In this document: positions 18,650 through 27,442 of the stretch, piece by piece
Numbering within the stretch: position 1 is the stretch's first letter
Layout: each line of letters opens with the position of its first letter
From: Bdellovibrionota bacterium
GTDB lineage: Bacteria; Bdellovibrionota_C; UBA2361; JBIKUX01
Assembly: GCA_044347345.1 (NCBI GenBank)
Contig: JBIKUX010000030.1
Coordinates: 1 to 27,442, forward strand
Direction: 5' to 3'
Length of the DNA: 27,442 nt
The notes under the pieces: generated by a model
What the model saw: only the letters and a program-made list of their open reading frames with translations
Told to the model about the DNA's origin: nothing
The model's database searches: none
Program-made: the position numbers and the translations under genes

Positions 18650-18684
18650 TTATGAAGAGTTAACAGAAATAAGTGCATAAAAAA
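18650..18684. repeat. 35-bp dispersed repeat, copy 2
   Basis: TTATGAAGA-gttaac-AGAAATAAGTGCATAAAAAA; same orientation as 16813-16847. Confidence 0.85.
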
Positions 18685-18900
18685 GTTAAAAATTTAACAC
18701 TTACTTAAAAATTGCTAAATAAGATTAGCGAGAAGATTGGAGTCCATCCCCATACAGGGGTAACTTAGTTTTTTTTATGATATCAATGGCAAGAATTTTT
18801 TTAGTCTTATTTTAATCTATTATAAAATTAGTCATTTTTGTTACTAAATTTTCTAGTGTTAGCTTGATTATGCTTTAGGAATATTGTAAGGCATTAAAAG

Positions 18901-18933
18901 CTCTTTAATGTAATCCTGAGAGTTTGCAAAGAG
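18901..18933 (+). promoter_or_regulatory. PyrR-binding RNA stem-loop in the pyr leader
   Basis: CTCTTTAATGT-AATCCTGAGAGTTT-GCAAAGAG. It has the UUUAA element, 13/14 match to ARUCCNGNGAGGYU, and a lower stem CUCUUU/AAAGAG. It lies upstream of pyrR. Confidence 0.8.
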
Positions 18934-19219
18934 AAAAAAGCTAAAGGTTAAAAAGGTGTATAGGTTAAGTTAAGTTAAGTTTAGACTGGTTTAGTTAAAT
19001 TTGCGGGTATCTGCTACGCCTTAACTTCTGCTTTTTTTCTTTCCAAAACCCTCCTCATTTATTTCAAAGAGTTTATTTCTAGATTTAGTTTGGCTTTGAC
19101 CTTGGCTCAAGTCGAGCAGGGGCACTAGTTAGGTGCGCTTAGCTAACGGGCTGGCATGTGCCATAGATTTTTATGGTTGCAAATTTTTTTGGCATAGATT
19201 TATGACTGAAAGGGCTGTT

Positions 19220-19852
19220 ATGACCGAAGAGAGTTTACGTAAAACAGATATCAAAACAGAAATCTCAGCCTTATCGTCTCATTCGGATCAAAGCGAGTGG
19301 AAGGTTATTTTAGACCATGCTCAAATAGCTCGGGCGATAAGTCGAATGAGTTATGAAATTGTTGAACGAGACCGCGAGTTAACTAAAGTTGCCATAGTTG
19401 GTATTCGCACGGGCGGGGAGTTTTTGGGGCGACGCATTCAGGAGAGAATAAGAGAAATAGAAGGGATAGAGCTTCCTTTTGGCGTGATAGATATCACTCT
19501 TTACCGAGACGATATTCTTGAGACAGACTCACTCCCTATATTACGGGGCACAGACCTTCCATTTTCGGTATCTGGTTGCAGAATTGTTCTAGTTGATGAT
19601 GTACTCTTCACTGGCAGAACTGTGCGAGCTGCTCTAGACGCGATAATTGATTTTGGGCGTCCGAAGAGAGTGGAGCTTGCGGTGTTGGTAGATAGAGGCC
19701 ATCGAGAATTTCCTATTAGGCCCGATTACGTCGGAAAAAATATACCTACTTCATACGGAGATTCAGTAAAATTGCAGTTAATTGAAGGCGGCTCTGAAAA
19801 AGATGTACTTTATCTTGTTGAGGGGCAGCGTGATGTAGTAGCTCCTACATAA
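19220..19852 (+). CDS. pyrR: Bifunctional pyr operon attenuation regulator / uracil phosphoribosyltransferase
   Basis: VGIRTGG, IDITLYRDD, PRPP motif VLVDDVLFTGRT, DRGHREFPIRPDYVGKN. ATG at 19220 (SD AAAGGG) is more plausible than the GTG at 19133; ATG 19202 is an alternative. Confidence 0.97.
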   Translation: MTEESLRKTDIKTEISALSSHSDQSEWKVILDHAQIARAISRMSYEIVERDRELTKVAIVGIRTGGEFLGRRIQERIREIEGIELPFGVIDITLYRDDILETDSLPILRGTDLPFSVSGCRIVLVDDVLFTGRTVRAALDAIIDFGRPKRVELAVLVDRGHREFPIRPDYVGKNIPTSYGDSVKLQLIEGGSEKDVLYLVEGQRDVVAPT

Positions 19853-19926
19853 ATAAAAAACAATTTAGTATAATATAGGATACATTAAATTTTCTTGGGG
19901 TTTTAAGTTTAAAAAAAAGCTCGCTC

Positions 19927-19975
19927 GGTAAGAAGTGAGGGGGTAAGGGGTGAGGTGGTAAGAGGTGAAGTGGTA
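19927..19975 (+). repeat. 15-bp purine-rich tandem repeat x3.3 between pyrR and pyrB
   Basis: GGTAAGAAGTGAGGG / GGTAAGGGGTGAGGT / GGTAAGAGGTGAAGT / GGTA. Confidence 0.8.
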
Positions 19976-19990
19976 TGAATCTTACAAAAG

Positions 19991-21157
19991 GTGAAAGTTA
20001 GCGCTTTGAGTAGTAGAAAAGACAACAAAAAAGTTGAAAATCAAAATAGTGTTACTCACAACACTCTGACTTGCAACGCTCGTATTGACGAGGCTGTCAC
20101 TTGTGACTGTGGTTTCAGTGATACTGCTGCCAGTGATCCTGTTGGCAGTGATCCTGTTGCTAGTGATCCTGCTGCTTCTTACGGTAACTTATCACTTTTT
20201 AAGCGAAATTTGCTTGGTATTCGCGGCCTTTCTCGTAAGGTGCTACTCGGCTACTTAAGTGATGCTGAAACTTTTATTGAAGTAAACTCTCGAGCCATTA
20301 AAAAGGTGCCAACTCTGCGGGGCAAGAGCGTAATAAATTTGTTTCTCGAGCCAAGTACGCGCACTAGAACAAGTTTTGAGTTAGCGGCTAAGCGGCTTTC
20401 TGCTGATGCAATTAACATTTCAGGGAGTTCTAGCTCAGTGCAAAAAGGAGAGTCTCTTAGTGACACTGTTGAAACATTACAGGCGATGTCTCCTGATGTT
20501 GTAGTGCTACGCCATCACCAGAGTGGAGCAGCCATTTTTGTAGCTCAGCATGTACCTGGTGTTGTGGTTGTTAATGCGGGAGATGGTAGTAATGAACATC
20601 CAACACAAGCTCTTCTAGACCTATTAGCGATAAAGAGACGCTTAGGAAGGGTAGAAGGCTTAAAAATAGCGATTGTTGGGGACGTTCTTCATTCTAGAGT
20701 GGCTCGTAGTGCGCTGTATGCCCATAAACTTTTGGGGAATTCAGTGAGACTTGTTGGACCTCCAACTCTTGTGCCAGAGATGTTTTCAGCGTGTGAGCTG
20801 TTTGGGACTAATGTATCTGTGCACCACAATCTTTTCGAGGGCATTGAAGGAGTTGACGTTGTTGTTTGCTTGCGGATGCAGTTTGAGCGGCAGGAGGGCA
20901 ATTTTATTGCCTCAGTGCTAGAGTATTCTCGTAAGTTTTGTGTTGGAGAGGAGTTACTGACCAAGGTTGCTCCAAAGTCAGTGGTGTTGCATCCCGGGCC
21001 TATCAATCGTGGTATCGAAATAGCCTCACAGGTTGCTGATGGGCCTAGGGCTGTTATCAAGGATCAGGTGAGTTGCGGAGTAGCTGTACGAATGGCTGTA
21101 TTACTGACGTTAATGCGAGGTGTAGCGGGGGGTTCTTTTGAGAAAGACTTTGAGTAA
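19991..21157 (+). CDS. pyrB: Aspartate carbamoyltransferase catalytic subunit with N-terminal extension
   Basis: FLEPSTRTRTSFE, KGESLSDT, NAGDGSNEHPTQALLD, HSRVARS, RMQFER, HPGPINRG. Start is GTG 19991 or TTG 20006. Confidence 0.97.
   Translation: MKVSALSSRKDNKKVENQNSVTHNTLTCNARIDEAVTCDCGFSDTAASDPVGSDPVASDPAASYGNLSLFKRNLLGIRGLSRKVLLGYLSDAETFIEVNSRAIKKVPTLRGKSVINLFLEPSTRTRTSFELAAKRLSADAINISGSSSSVQKGESLSDTVETLQAMSPDVVVLRHHQSGAAIFVAQHVPGVVVVNAGDGSNEHPTQALLDLLAIKRRLGRVEGLKIAIVGDVLHSRVARSALYAHKLLGNSVRLVGPPTLVPEMFSACELFGTNVSVHHNLFEGIEGVDVVVCLRMQFERQEGNFIASVLEYSRKFCVGEELLTKVAPKSVVLHPGPINRGIEIASQVADGPRAVIKDQVSCGVAVRMAVLLTLMRGVAGGSFEKDFE
20117..20176 (+). repeat. In-frame 15-bp tandem repeat x4 in the 5' extension of pyrB
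   Basis: AGTGATACTGCTGCC / AGTGATCCTGTTGGC / AGTGATCCTGTTGCT / AGTGATCCTGCTGCT, encoding SDTAA SDPVG SDPVA SDPAA. Confidence 0.9.
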
Positions 21158-21193
21158 TAAGCGAGTGAAATTAAGAGAGGCTGAAGTAGTCGA

Positions 21194-22486
21194 GTGAAGC
21201 AATTACTTAGAGGTGGCACCATCATCGATCCGGCTCAAAATATAGAGGGTACCTATGACCTCTTAATTGATAATGGTGTAATAAGTGCAATCGATGAGCC
21301 AGGTGCTTTTGTTGGTGCTCAGATTGATGAAACAGTTGATGTGACAGATTTGTGGGTGACACCAGGATTAATCGATATTCACGTTCATTTGAGAGAGCCA
21401 GGATTCGAATGGAAGGAAACGATAGCCAGTGGGTGTGCGTCTGCAGTTGCTGGGGGTTTTACTTCAGTATGTTGTATGCCAAATACCAACCCAGTGGTAG
21501 ATTCGGGAGAGGTCGTAAAGTTTATTCGTGATGAAGCCACGCGCGTTGGATTAGCGCGAGTTTACCCTATAGGTGCGGTAACGAGAGATCTAAAAGGTAA
21601 ACAGCTTGCTCCTTTGTATGAGCTTGTTGATGCAGGGTGCGTCGCCTTTTCAGATGATGGAGAGCCCGTATGGGACGTTCTTATTATGAGAAGGGCGCTT
21701 GAATTGTGTAAGGCTCTGGGAGTTCCTATAACATGTCATGAAGAGGTAAAAGAGCTCACAAAGGGTGGTGCCATGAATGAATCTCCTCTATCGCTTGCAC
21801 TGGGCTTAGGTGGTATGCCTGGAGCGGCTGAGGATATCATGGTGGCTCGTGATATCGAGTTAGCTCGTTTAACTGGTGCCCATGTTCATCTTTGTCATGT
21901 TTCTACCGCGCGTAGCTGTTTATTAATTCGTCGAGCGAAGGAGGATGGCATCTCCGTTACTGCTGAGGTAACTCCACATCACTTAACCCTTACAGAACAG
22001 GAAGTTGTTGAGTATGACACAGCGGCAAAGATGAGCCCACCACTGCGCTCCCATGAAGATGTAGCTGGTTGTTGCAAAGCTCTTGAGGATGGCACGCTAG
22101 ATTGCATAGCGTCAGACCATGCTCCGCACGATTTAGATGCTAAGAGAACAGAATTTAGTCGGGCGGCTAATGGTATTTTAGGTTTTCCGACAACGGTGCC
22201 CATTGGCTTGTCTCTTGTTAAGCAGGGAGTAATAAGTAGGCTACGCTTAATTAGTGCTCTTACGGTGGCTCCAGCAAAGCTATTCCACTTGCCTGGCGGT
22301 ACTCTTACTACCGGCTCTGTTGCCGATATAACAGTTATTGACCCAAACGCTCAGTGGACTTTTGATGTGACAACAAATTTTTCCAAAAGCTGTAATTCAC
22401 CTTTCTGGGGAAGTGAATTATTGGGACAGGTAAAAATGGTATTTATTGGTGGTGCAAGGGTAAGTGCTAACTTGAAAGTTGGATAA
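21194..22486 (+). CDS. pyrC: Dihydroorotase (type I, long form)
   Basis: PGLIDIHVHLREPG, MPNTNP, FSDDG, CHVST, EVTPHHL, SDHAPH; metal-binding residues are present. Confidence 0.96.
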   Translation: MKQLLRGGTIIDPAQNIEGTYDLLIDNGVISAIDEPGAFVGAQIDETVDVTDLWVTPGLIDIHVHLREPGFEWKETIASGCASAVAGGFTSVCCMPNTNPVVDSGEVVKFIRDEATRVGLARVYPIGAVTRDLKGKQLAPLYELVDAGCVAFSDDGEPVWDVLIMRRALELCKALGVPITCHEEVKELTKGGAMNESPLSLALGLGGMPGAAEDIMVARDIELARLTGAHVHLCHVSTARSCLLIRRAKEDGISVTAEVTPHHLTLTEQEVVEYDTAAKMSPPLRSHEDVAGCCKALEDGTLDCIASDHAPHDLDAKRTEFSRAANGILGFPTTVPIGLSLVKQGVISRLRLISALTVAPAKLFHLPGGTLTTGSVADITVIDPNAQWTFDVTTNFSKSCNSPFWGSELLGQVKMVFIGGARVSANLKVG

Positions 22487-22499
22487 TTGAGGGGACTTA

Positions 22500-23687
22500 A
22501 TGAAAGAAAAGGCTCGGTTAGTATTAGCAGACGGCACGGTCTTTGAAGGCGTTAGTATTGGAGCATCTTGCTCGACTCCGGTCGTAGGAGAAGTAGTATT
22601 TAATACATCTATGTATGGTTATCAAGAAATACTTACTGACCCGAGCTATGCTGGCCAGCTACTATGCTTCACTAATCCTCATATTGGTAATGTGGGTTGT
22701 AATAACGCTGATAACGAAAGTGATAAAGTACATGCTCGAGGAGTTATTATTCGCGATAATAGCAAGGTAGTGTCAAATTTTAGAGCAGAGCAATCTTTGA
22801 ATGAATTTTTAATTCAATCAAGTTGTGTAGGTATAGCCGGCATTGATACTCGAGCTCTTGTGTCGCACCTGCGGGACGTAGGCTCCCAAATGGGTGTAAT
22901 TGGTGTAGGGTCACTTGCGGATGATATAGAATCTCTTGTTGCTGCTGCACGCGCTGAAGGTTCTATGGTTGGTAAAGATTATGTGCGCGAAGTGACTTGT
23001 ACAAAACCATACGAATGGTTTGAGCTTCCTTGGTCGCTCAATTTGCCAAAAACATCCAGTTTGTCTCAGTTTCCTGTTTTAACCAGAGATGAGCTAGGAG
23101 TGAGACCGCATCTAGTGGTAATAGATTGCGGGGTAAAGAGATCTATTCTTCGACTCTTATTGGAGGCTGGATTTAGAGTAACTGTAGTACCTGCTACAAC
23201 CATAGTTGAAGACATTTTAGAACTCTGTCCCGATGCTCTTTTTGTGTCGAATGGGCCAGGTGATCCAGCGGCTATTTCTTATGTTGTCGACCCCATAAAA
23301 AAACTTATAGGACGCATTCCAATGTTTGGAATATGTCTCGGACATCAGATTATTGGTCAGGCGTTGGGCGGCAAAACATACAAGTTAAAGTTTGGTCATC
23401 GTGGTGGTAACCATCCGGTACTTGATACTAGTACAGGTAAGGTAGAGATCACTGTACAGAATCATGGTTTTGCTTTGGCTCAGGAGTCTTTAGCTCAGGA
23501 CTTTTTGTCTTATGAGATAATTATATCTCATATAAATTTAAATGATCAGACAGTAGAGGGGCTCTCTGTGCCAGATTTAGGTATATTAGCTGTTCAATAT
23601 CATCCTGAGGCTTCACCTGGTCCACATGACTCTGCCTATTTATTTAATCGGTTCTATAGAAGTGTAACAGCTAATACTAGTAAGTAA
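22500..23687 (+). CDS. carA: Carbamoyl-phosphate synthase small subunit
   Basis: GEVVFNT, GYQEILTDPSY, SNGPGDP, GICLGHQ (catalytic Cys), QNHG, QYHPEASPGPHD. Confidence 0.98.
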   Translation: MKEKARLVLADGTVFEGVSIGASCSTPVVGEVVFNTSMYGYQEILTDPSYAGQLLCFTNPHIGNVGCNNADNESDKVHARGVIIRDNSKVVSNFRAEQSLNEFLIQSSCVGIAGIDTRALVSHLRDVGSQMGVIGVGSLADDIESLVAAARAEGSMVGKDYVREVTCTKPYEWFELPWSLNLPKTSSLSQFPVLTRDELGVRPHLVVIDCGVKRSILRLLLEAGFRVTVVPATTIVEDILELCPDALFVSNGPGDPAAISYVVDPIKKLIGRIPMFGICLGHQIIGQALGGKTYKLKFGHRGGNHPVLDTSTGKVEITVQNHGFALAQESLAQDFLSYEIIISHINLNDQTVEGLSVPDLGILAVQYHPEASPGPHDSAYLFNRFYRSVTANTSK

Positions 23688-23717
23688 TTAAATCTGCATA
23701 GTTTAACGAGAAACATC

Positions 23718-26700
23718 ATGCCAAAACGAACAGATATTTCTTCAATTCTTATTATCGGGTCTGGGCCTATTGTTATCGGTCAGGCGTGTGAGTTTGATTA
23801 TTCAGGAACTCAGGCCATTAGGGCGCTCAGGCAAGAGGGATACAGAGTGATTCTCGTAAATTCTAATCCTGCAACCATAATGACTGATCCTGATTTTGCT
23901 GATGCTACATATATTGAGCCGCTTACGCCTCATTTTGTTGAGGAGGTAATTGCTAAAGAACGACCAGATGCTGTGTTACCAACTATGGGTGGGCAAACAG
24001 CGCTGAATATAGCGTTGGCTCTTGATGAGGCTGGAGTGTTTGAGCGTTATGGATGTGAATTAATAGGTGCACGACCTTTGGCTATTCGGACAGCGGAGGA
24101 CAGAAATTTGTTTCGTTTGGCGATGGACGAAATAGGCTTAGAATCTGCAAAAAGTGGGATAGCACATTCTGTTAAAGACGCTGAAGTTTTAGCTGGAGAG
24201 CTTGGATTTCCCCTTATTTTAAGGCCTTCGCGCACTCTGGGTGGAGCAGGTGGTGGAGTTGTTGAACATCCAGGTGAATTAGTAGCAAAAGTTTCTTATG
24301 CTCTGCAAGAAAGTCCAACGCGAGAGGTATTAATAGAGCAATCGCTGTTAGGGTGGAAGGAGATTGAGCTTGAGGTAGTGCGCGATACAGCTGATAATTG
24401 TGTCATAATCTGTTCAATTGAAAATATTGATCCGATGGGTGTGCACACTGGTGATTCTATTACTGTGGCTCCCATTCAAACCTTGACCGATAAAGAGTAT
24501 CAAATTTTACGAGACGCTGCTTTTCGTATTATTCGCCGTATTGGAGTAGAGACTGGGGGTTCAAATGTTCAGTTTGCAATTAATCCCAAGGACGGACGAG
24601 TAATCGTTGTTGAGATGAATCCTAGGGTGTCTAGGAGTTCAGCATTAGCTTCAAAGGCAACAGGATTTCCTATCGCCAAGATTGCCGCCAAATTAGCTGT
24701 AGGCCTCACGCTTGATGAGATCCGTAACGATATAACACGTGAAACTCCTGCTTGTTTTGAGCCTTCGATTGACTACGTAGTGGTCAAGATCCCTAGATTT
24801 AATTTTGAGAAGTTTCCTAGCGCCAACCCAAAACTTGGTACTCAGATGAAGTCTGTAGGAGAGGTTCTTTCTTTCGGTAGGAATTTTTCAGAAGCTCTAC
24901 AAAAAGCTATTAATTCGATTGAGCTTGATACGGTGGGATTTGATGGAGGAAAGTTTGTTAAGGATTTAGGTTTGCGGGAAATTATTGCTCTTTGTGAAGT
25001 TCCTTCGCCTCGCAGACTCTGGTTTGTGGCTGAAGCGTTTCGCGCTGGAGCTTCTAGGGAGCAGATTGCCAAAATTACAGCAATTGATCCGTGGTATCTT
25101 GTTGAGATTGAAGCGGTGGTGGCGAAAGAGGTTGAGTTATCTGCGCGGTATTCTGGGTTAAACAAAGACTCCAGTAAGGCTTTAAGTGAAATTCTATTTG
25201 AGGAGATGTTTTCATTAAAGCGTGATGGTTTTTCTGATGCTAGGTTAGCGACTCTTCTCGGGGTTTCTGAGAGTGCGGTGAGAGCACGACGACATGAGTT
25301 GGGTGTTCGTCCGACGTATCGTGTTGTTGATACTTGTGCGGCGGAGTTTGTTGCACATACTCCGTATCTTTACTCGACTTATGATGAACCGGTGCAGCGG
25401 TTTGATGGAAAGTTATCAGTGAGTAAGAGCGAGTATAATGAGGCTCCCCCCACTGTACGTGAAAAGGTGATAATACTTGGGTCTGGACCTAATAGAATTG
25501 GTCAGGGCATTGAGTTTGACTACTGTTGTGTTCACGCGGTTATGGCTGTGCGGGATGCTGGCTATGAAGCAATTTTAATTAACTGTAATCCTGAGACTGT
25601 TTCAACTGATTATGACGTTAGTGATCGGTTGTATTTTGAGCCGCTGACTGTGGAATCGGTCGTAGAGATTGTAGAGAGAGAGAGATTAAATGGTGTTGTT
25701 AAAGGTGTAATCGTTCAGTTTGGTGGGCAAACCCCACTTAAGCTTGTTTCTAGACTTGAGGCAGCGGGCGTTCCAATTCTTGGAACATCAGTAGCTTCTA
25801 TTGATGCTGCCGAGGATCGCGAGCAATTCTCCTCGATGGTTAATTCTCTCCAGGTCCAGCAACCCACCTTCGGCCTTGCAAATAGTGTCGGAGCTGCTGT
25901 GGTGGAGGCTGAGCGTATTGGATTCCCGGTAATGATTCGGCCTTCTTTCGTTCTGGGTGGGCGAGCGATGAGAGTGATTCATGCTAGTAGGGAACTTGAG
26001 CAGTATATTGTTGAAAGTGTTGAGGTTTCAAATACTCGTCCAGTTTTAATTGACCGATTTCTGGAGGGCGCGATTGAGGTAGATGTAGATGCAGTCTGCG
26101 ATGGAAATGAGGTAGTTATTACTGGAGTGATGGAGCATATAGAGCGAGCTGGTATTCACTCTGGGGATAGTTCGTGCGTACTGCCTCCTTACACTCTTCC
26201 GACTGAAGTTTTAGATGAGCTTGAGCGACAGACTGTGCTTCTTGCTCGTGAGCTCAGCGTGAGAGGTCTACTAAATGTACAATTCGCGGTTGATCGATTA
26301 GGAGCAAGGTCGTCAGTTCAGGAAGCAATTTATATTCTTGAGGCTAATCCACGAGCTTCTAGAACGGTGCCATTTGTGAGTAAGGCTACAGGAATTCCTT
26401 GGGCAAAGATTGCCACTCGTGTGATGCTCGGTGAGTCTTTATCTGAGGTAATCAGTGCTATAACGAATGGTAAAGGATTAAAAAGTTACAGGAATTTGGG
26501 TTTTACCGCTGTGAAGGCCTGCGTTTTCCCTTTTCGAAAATTTCGTGGCGAAGATTTGATTCTTGGACCAGAGATGAAGTCGACTGGTGAGGTTATGGGA
26601 ATAGACAGCTCTTTTGCTGGTTCATTTGCGAGAGCTCTTTTTGCTGCTGGTATATCATTACCAAGCGGTGGTACTGCTTTTTTGAGTGTTATGAATGGGG

Positions 26701-27074
26701 ATAAAGAGGGGGTAGTTCCAATAGCCAGATCCTTAGTGGATCTTGGGTTTAAACTTTTAGCGACAAGTGGCACACAGGCATTCTTGGAGCAGCATGGTTT
26801 ATGTGTGGAAAATGTTAAGAAAGTTAGAGATGGTTCACCTCACATTGTTGATGTTATTGGAGAAGGTGGAGTAGACCTTGTGATTAATACTCCTGAGGGA
26901 ATGGGCTCCGCTCTTGATTCGCGGTCTATTCGCATAGCCGCACAAGAGAGCGGTGTTCCTACTTTTACTACGATCGCTGCTGCCTCTGCCGCTATTCAGG
27001 CTATACGGGCTATCCGAGAAGAGAATAACAAACTGTCGGTCACCGCTCTTCAAGAGTGGCATCGCTCAGCCTAG
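23718..27074 (+). CDS. carB: Carbamoyl-phosphate synthase large subunit
   Basis: [24 protein letters not shown], two ATP-grasp halves ([10 protein letters not shown] and EANPRASRT), [15 protein letters not shown] and a C-terminal MGS domain. Confidence 0.99.
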   Translation: MPKRTDISSILIIGSGPIVIGQACEFDYSGTQAIRALRQEGYRVILVNSNPATIMTDPDFADATYIEPLTPHFVEEVIAKERPDAVLPTMGGQTALNIALALDEAGVFERYGCELIGARPLAIRTAEDRNLFRLAMDEIGLESAKSGIAHSVKDAEVLAGELGFPLILRPSRTLGGAGGGVVEHPGELVAKVSYALQESPTREVLIEQSLLGWKEIELEVVRDTADNCVIICSIENIDPMGVHTGDSITVAPIQTLTDKEYQILRDAAFRIIRRIGVETGGSNVQFAINPKDGRVIVVEMNPRVSRSSALASKATGFPIAKIAAKLAVGLTLDEIRNDITRETPACFEPSIDYVVVKIPRFNFEKFPSANPKLGTQMKSVGEVLSFGRNFSEALQKAINSIELDTVGFDGGKFVKDLGLREIIALCEVPSPRRLWFVAEAFRAGASREQIAKITAIDPWYLVEIEAVVAKEVELSARYSGLNKDSSKALSEILFEEMFSLKRDGFSDARLATLLGVSESAVRARRHELGVRPTYRVVDTCAAEFVAHTPYLYSTYDEPVQRFDGKLSVSKSEYNEAPPTVREKVIILGSGPNRIGQGIEFDYCCVHAVMAVRDAGYEAILINCNPETVSTDYDVSDRLYFEPLTVESVVEIVERERLNGVVKGVIVQFGGQTPLKLVSRLEAAGVPILGTSVASIDAAEDREQFSSMVNSLQVQQPTFGLANSVGAAVVEAERIGFPVMIRPSFVLGGRAMRVIHASRELEQYIVESVEVSNTRPVLIDRFLEGAIEVDVDAVCDGNEVVITGVMEHIERAGIHSGDSSCVLPPYTLPTEVLDELERQTVLLARELSVRGLLNVQFAVDRLGARSSVQEAIYILEANPRASRTVPFVSKATGIPWAKIATRVMLGESLSEVISAITNGKGLKSYRNLGFTAVKACVFPFRKFRGEDLILGPEMKSTGEVMGIDSSFAGSFARALFAAGISLPSGGTAFLSVMNGDKEGVVPIARSLVDLGFKLLATSGTQAFLEQHGLCVENVKKVRDGSPHIVDVIGEGGVDLVINTPEGMGSALDSRSIRIAAQESGVPTFTTIAAASAAIQAIRAIREENNKLSVTALQEWHRSA

Positions 27075-27442
27075 CAATCCCCCCTCCCGATCCGTAGTCT
27101 CTAGGCTGCTGTGTATTGGAGTAGTGGTAGGTATGAGAGGAAGAGGCAGTGATGTTATGAGAAGTGAGCTATTAGTATAATTTAGAGAGATTTTTGGTTG
27201 TGATGAGTCAGGTAGAGAGTATTTAAGTGAATTTTAGTATTTTGGGGATGGAGCTTTAGATAGACGAATGCTGAAGGAGCGATGTTCCTAGTTATGGTGA
27301 GCTAGAGCTAGTATGTAAAAAAAGAGTGAAGATTTAAGTATTAATCTTCAAATGGGTACGAGTAATCGAGGTGGATAAGTTCCTGAAGGGAATGAGACGT
27401 TATGAATTCCTTGTTTTAATTTTTTGAAGCAAGCGCGGAATT

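Noticed and set aside
18635..18660. dif/pdif-like site (GTTAAGCATAA-ATAA-TTATGAAGAGT)
   Set aside because: The spacer is 4 bp rather than 6, and the right arm is a poor match to TTATGTTAAAT.
11889..18833. 13/15-bp inverted match (11889-11903 vs 18819-18833) flanking the minus-strand block
   Set aside because: Short and AT-rich, so likely by chance; no recombinase or target duplication seen.
19133..19219. N-terminal 29 aa of the track's pyrR ORF
   Set aside because: Not PyrR-like; a better SD/ATG is at 19220, so this is probably leader sequence.
27371..27427. MRRYEFLVLIF, resembling the N-terminus of ribosomal protein S6
   Set aside because: A TGA follows after 11 codons and the window ends; cannot be supported.

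Overview
Bacterial chromosomal window in three blocks. (1) 1-11881, + strand: the 3' end of a probable dihydrofolate reductase, then a stand-alone RnfD/NqrB-like membrane protein coupled to a secreted DUF2330 protein. A sigma70 promoter follows, then a tightly packed run: coiled-coil SAM methyltransferase, three GT4 glycosyltransferases, ligA, a DUF5063 protein and a type III polyketide synthase. (2) About 11915-18700, all - strand and partly AT-rich: four small orphan ORFs, an MgtC/DUF4010 membrane protein whose conserved N-terminus has no canonical start codon, and a two-domain GT-A glycosyltransferase. This block also holds a decayed IS3-family element not evident from the ORF track, with three stacked IS-end-like units, and a 35-bp motif repeated upstream of the orphan genes. 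(3) About 18900-27074, + strand: a PyrR-binding RNA leader and pyrR-pyrB-pyrC-carA-carB. All family calls come from motif recognition by eye; no database searches were run. The best candidates for something undescribed are the orphan genes with their shared upstream motif, the RnfD-like/DUF2330 pair, and the probable non-canonical start of the DUF4010 gene.
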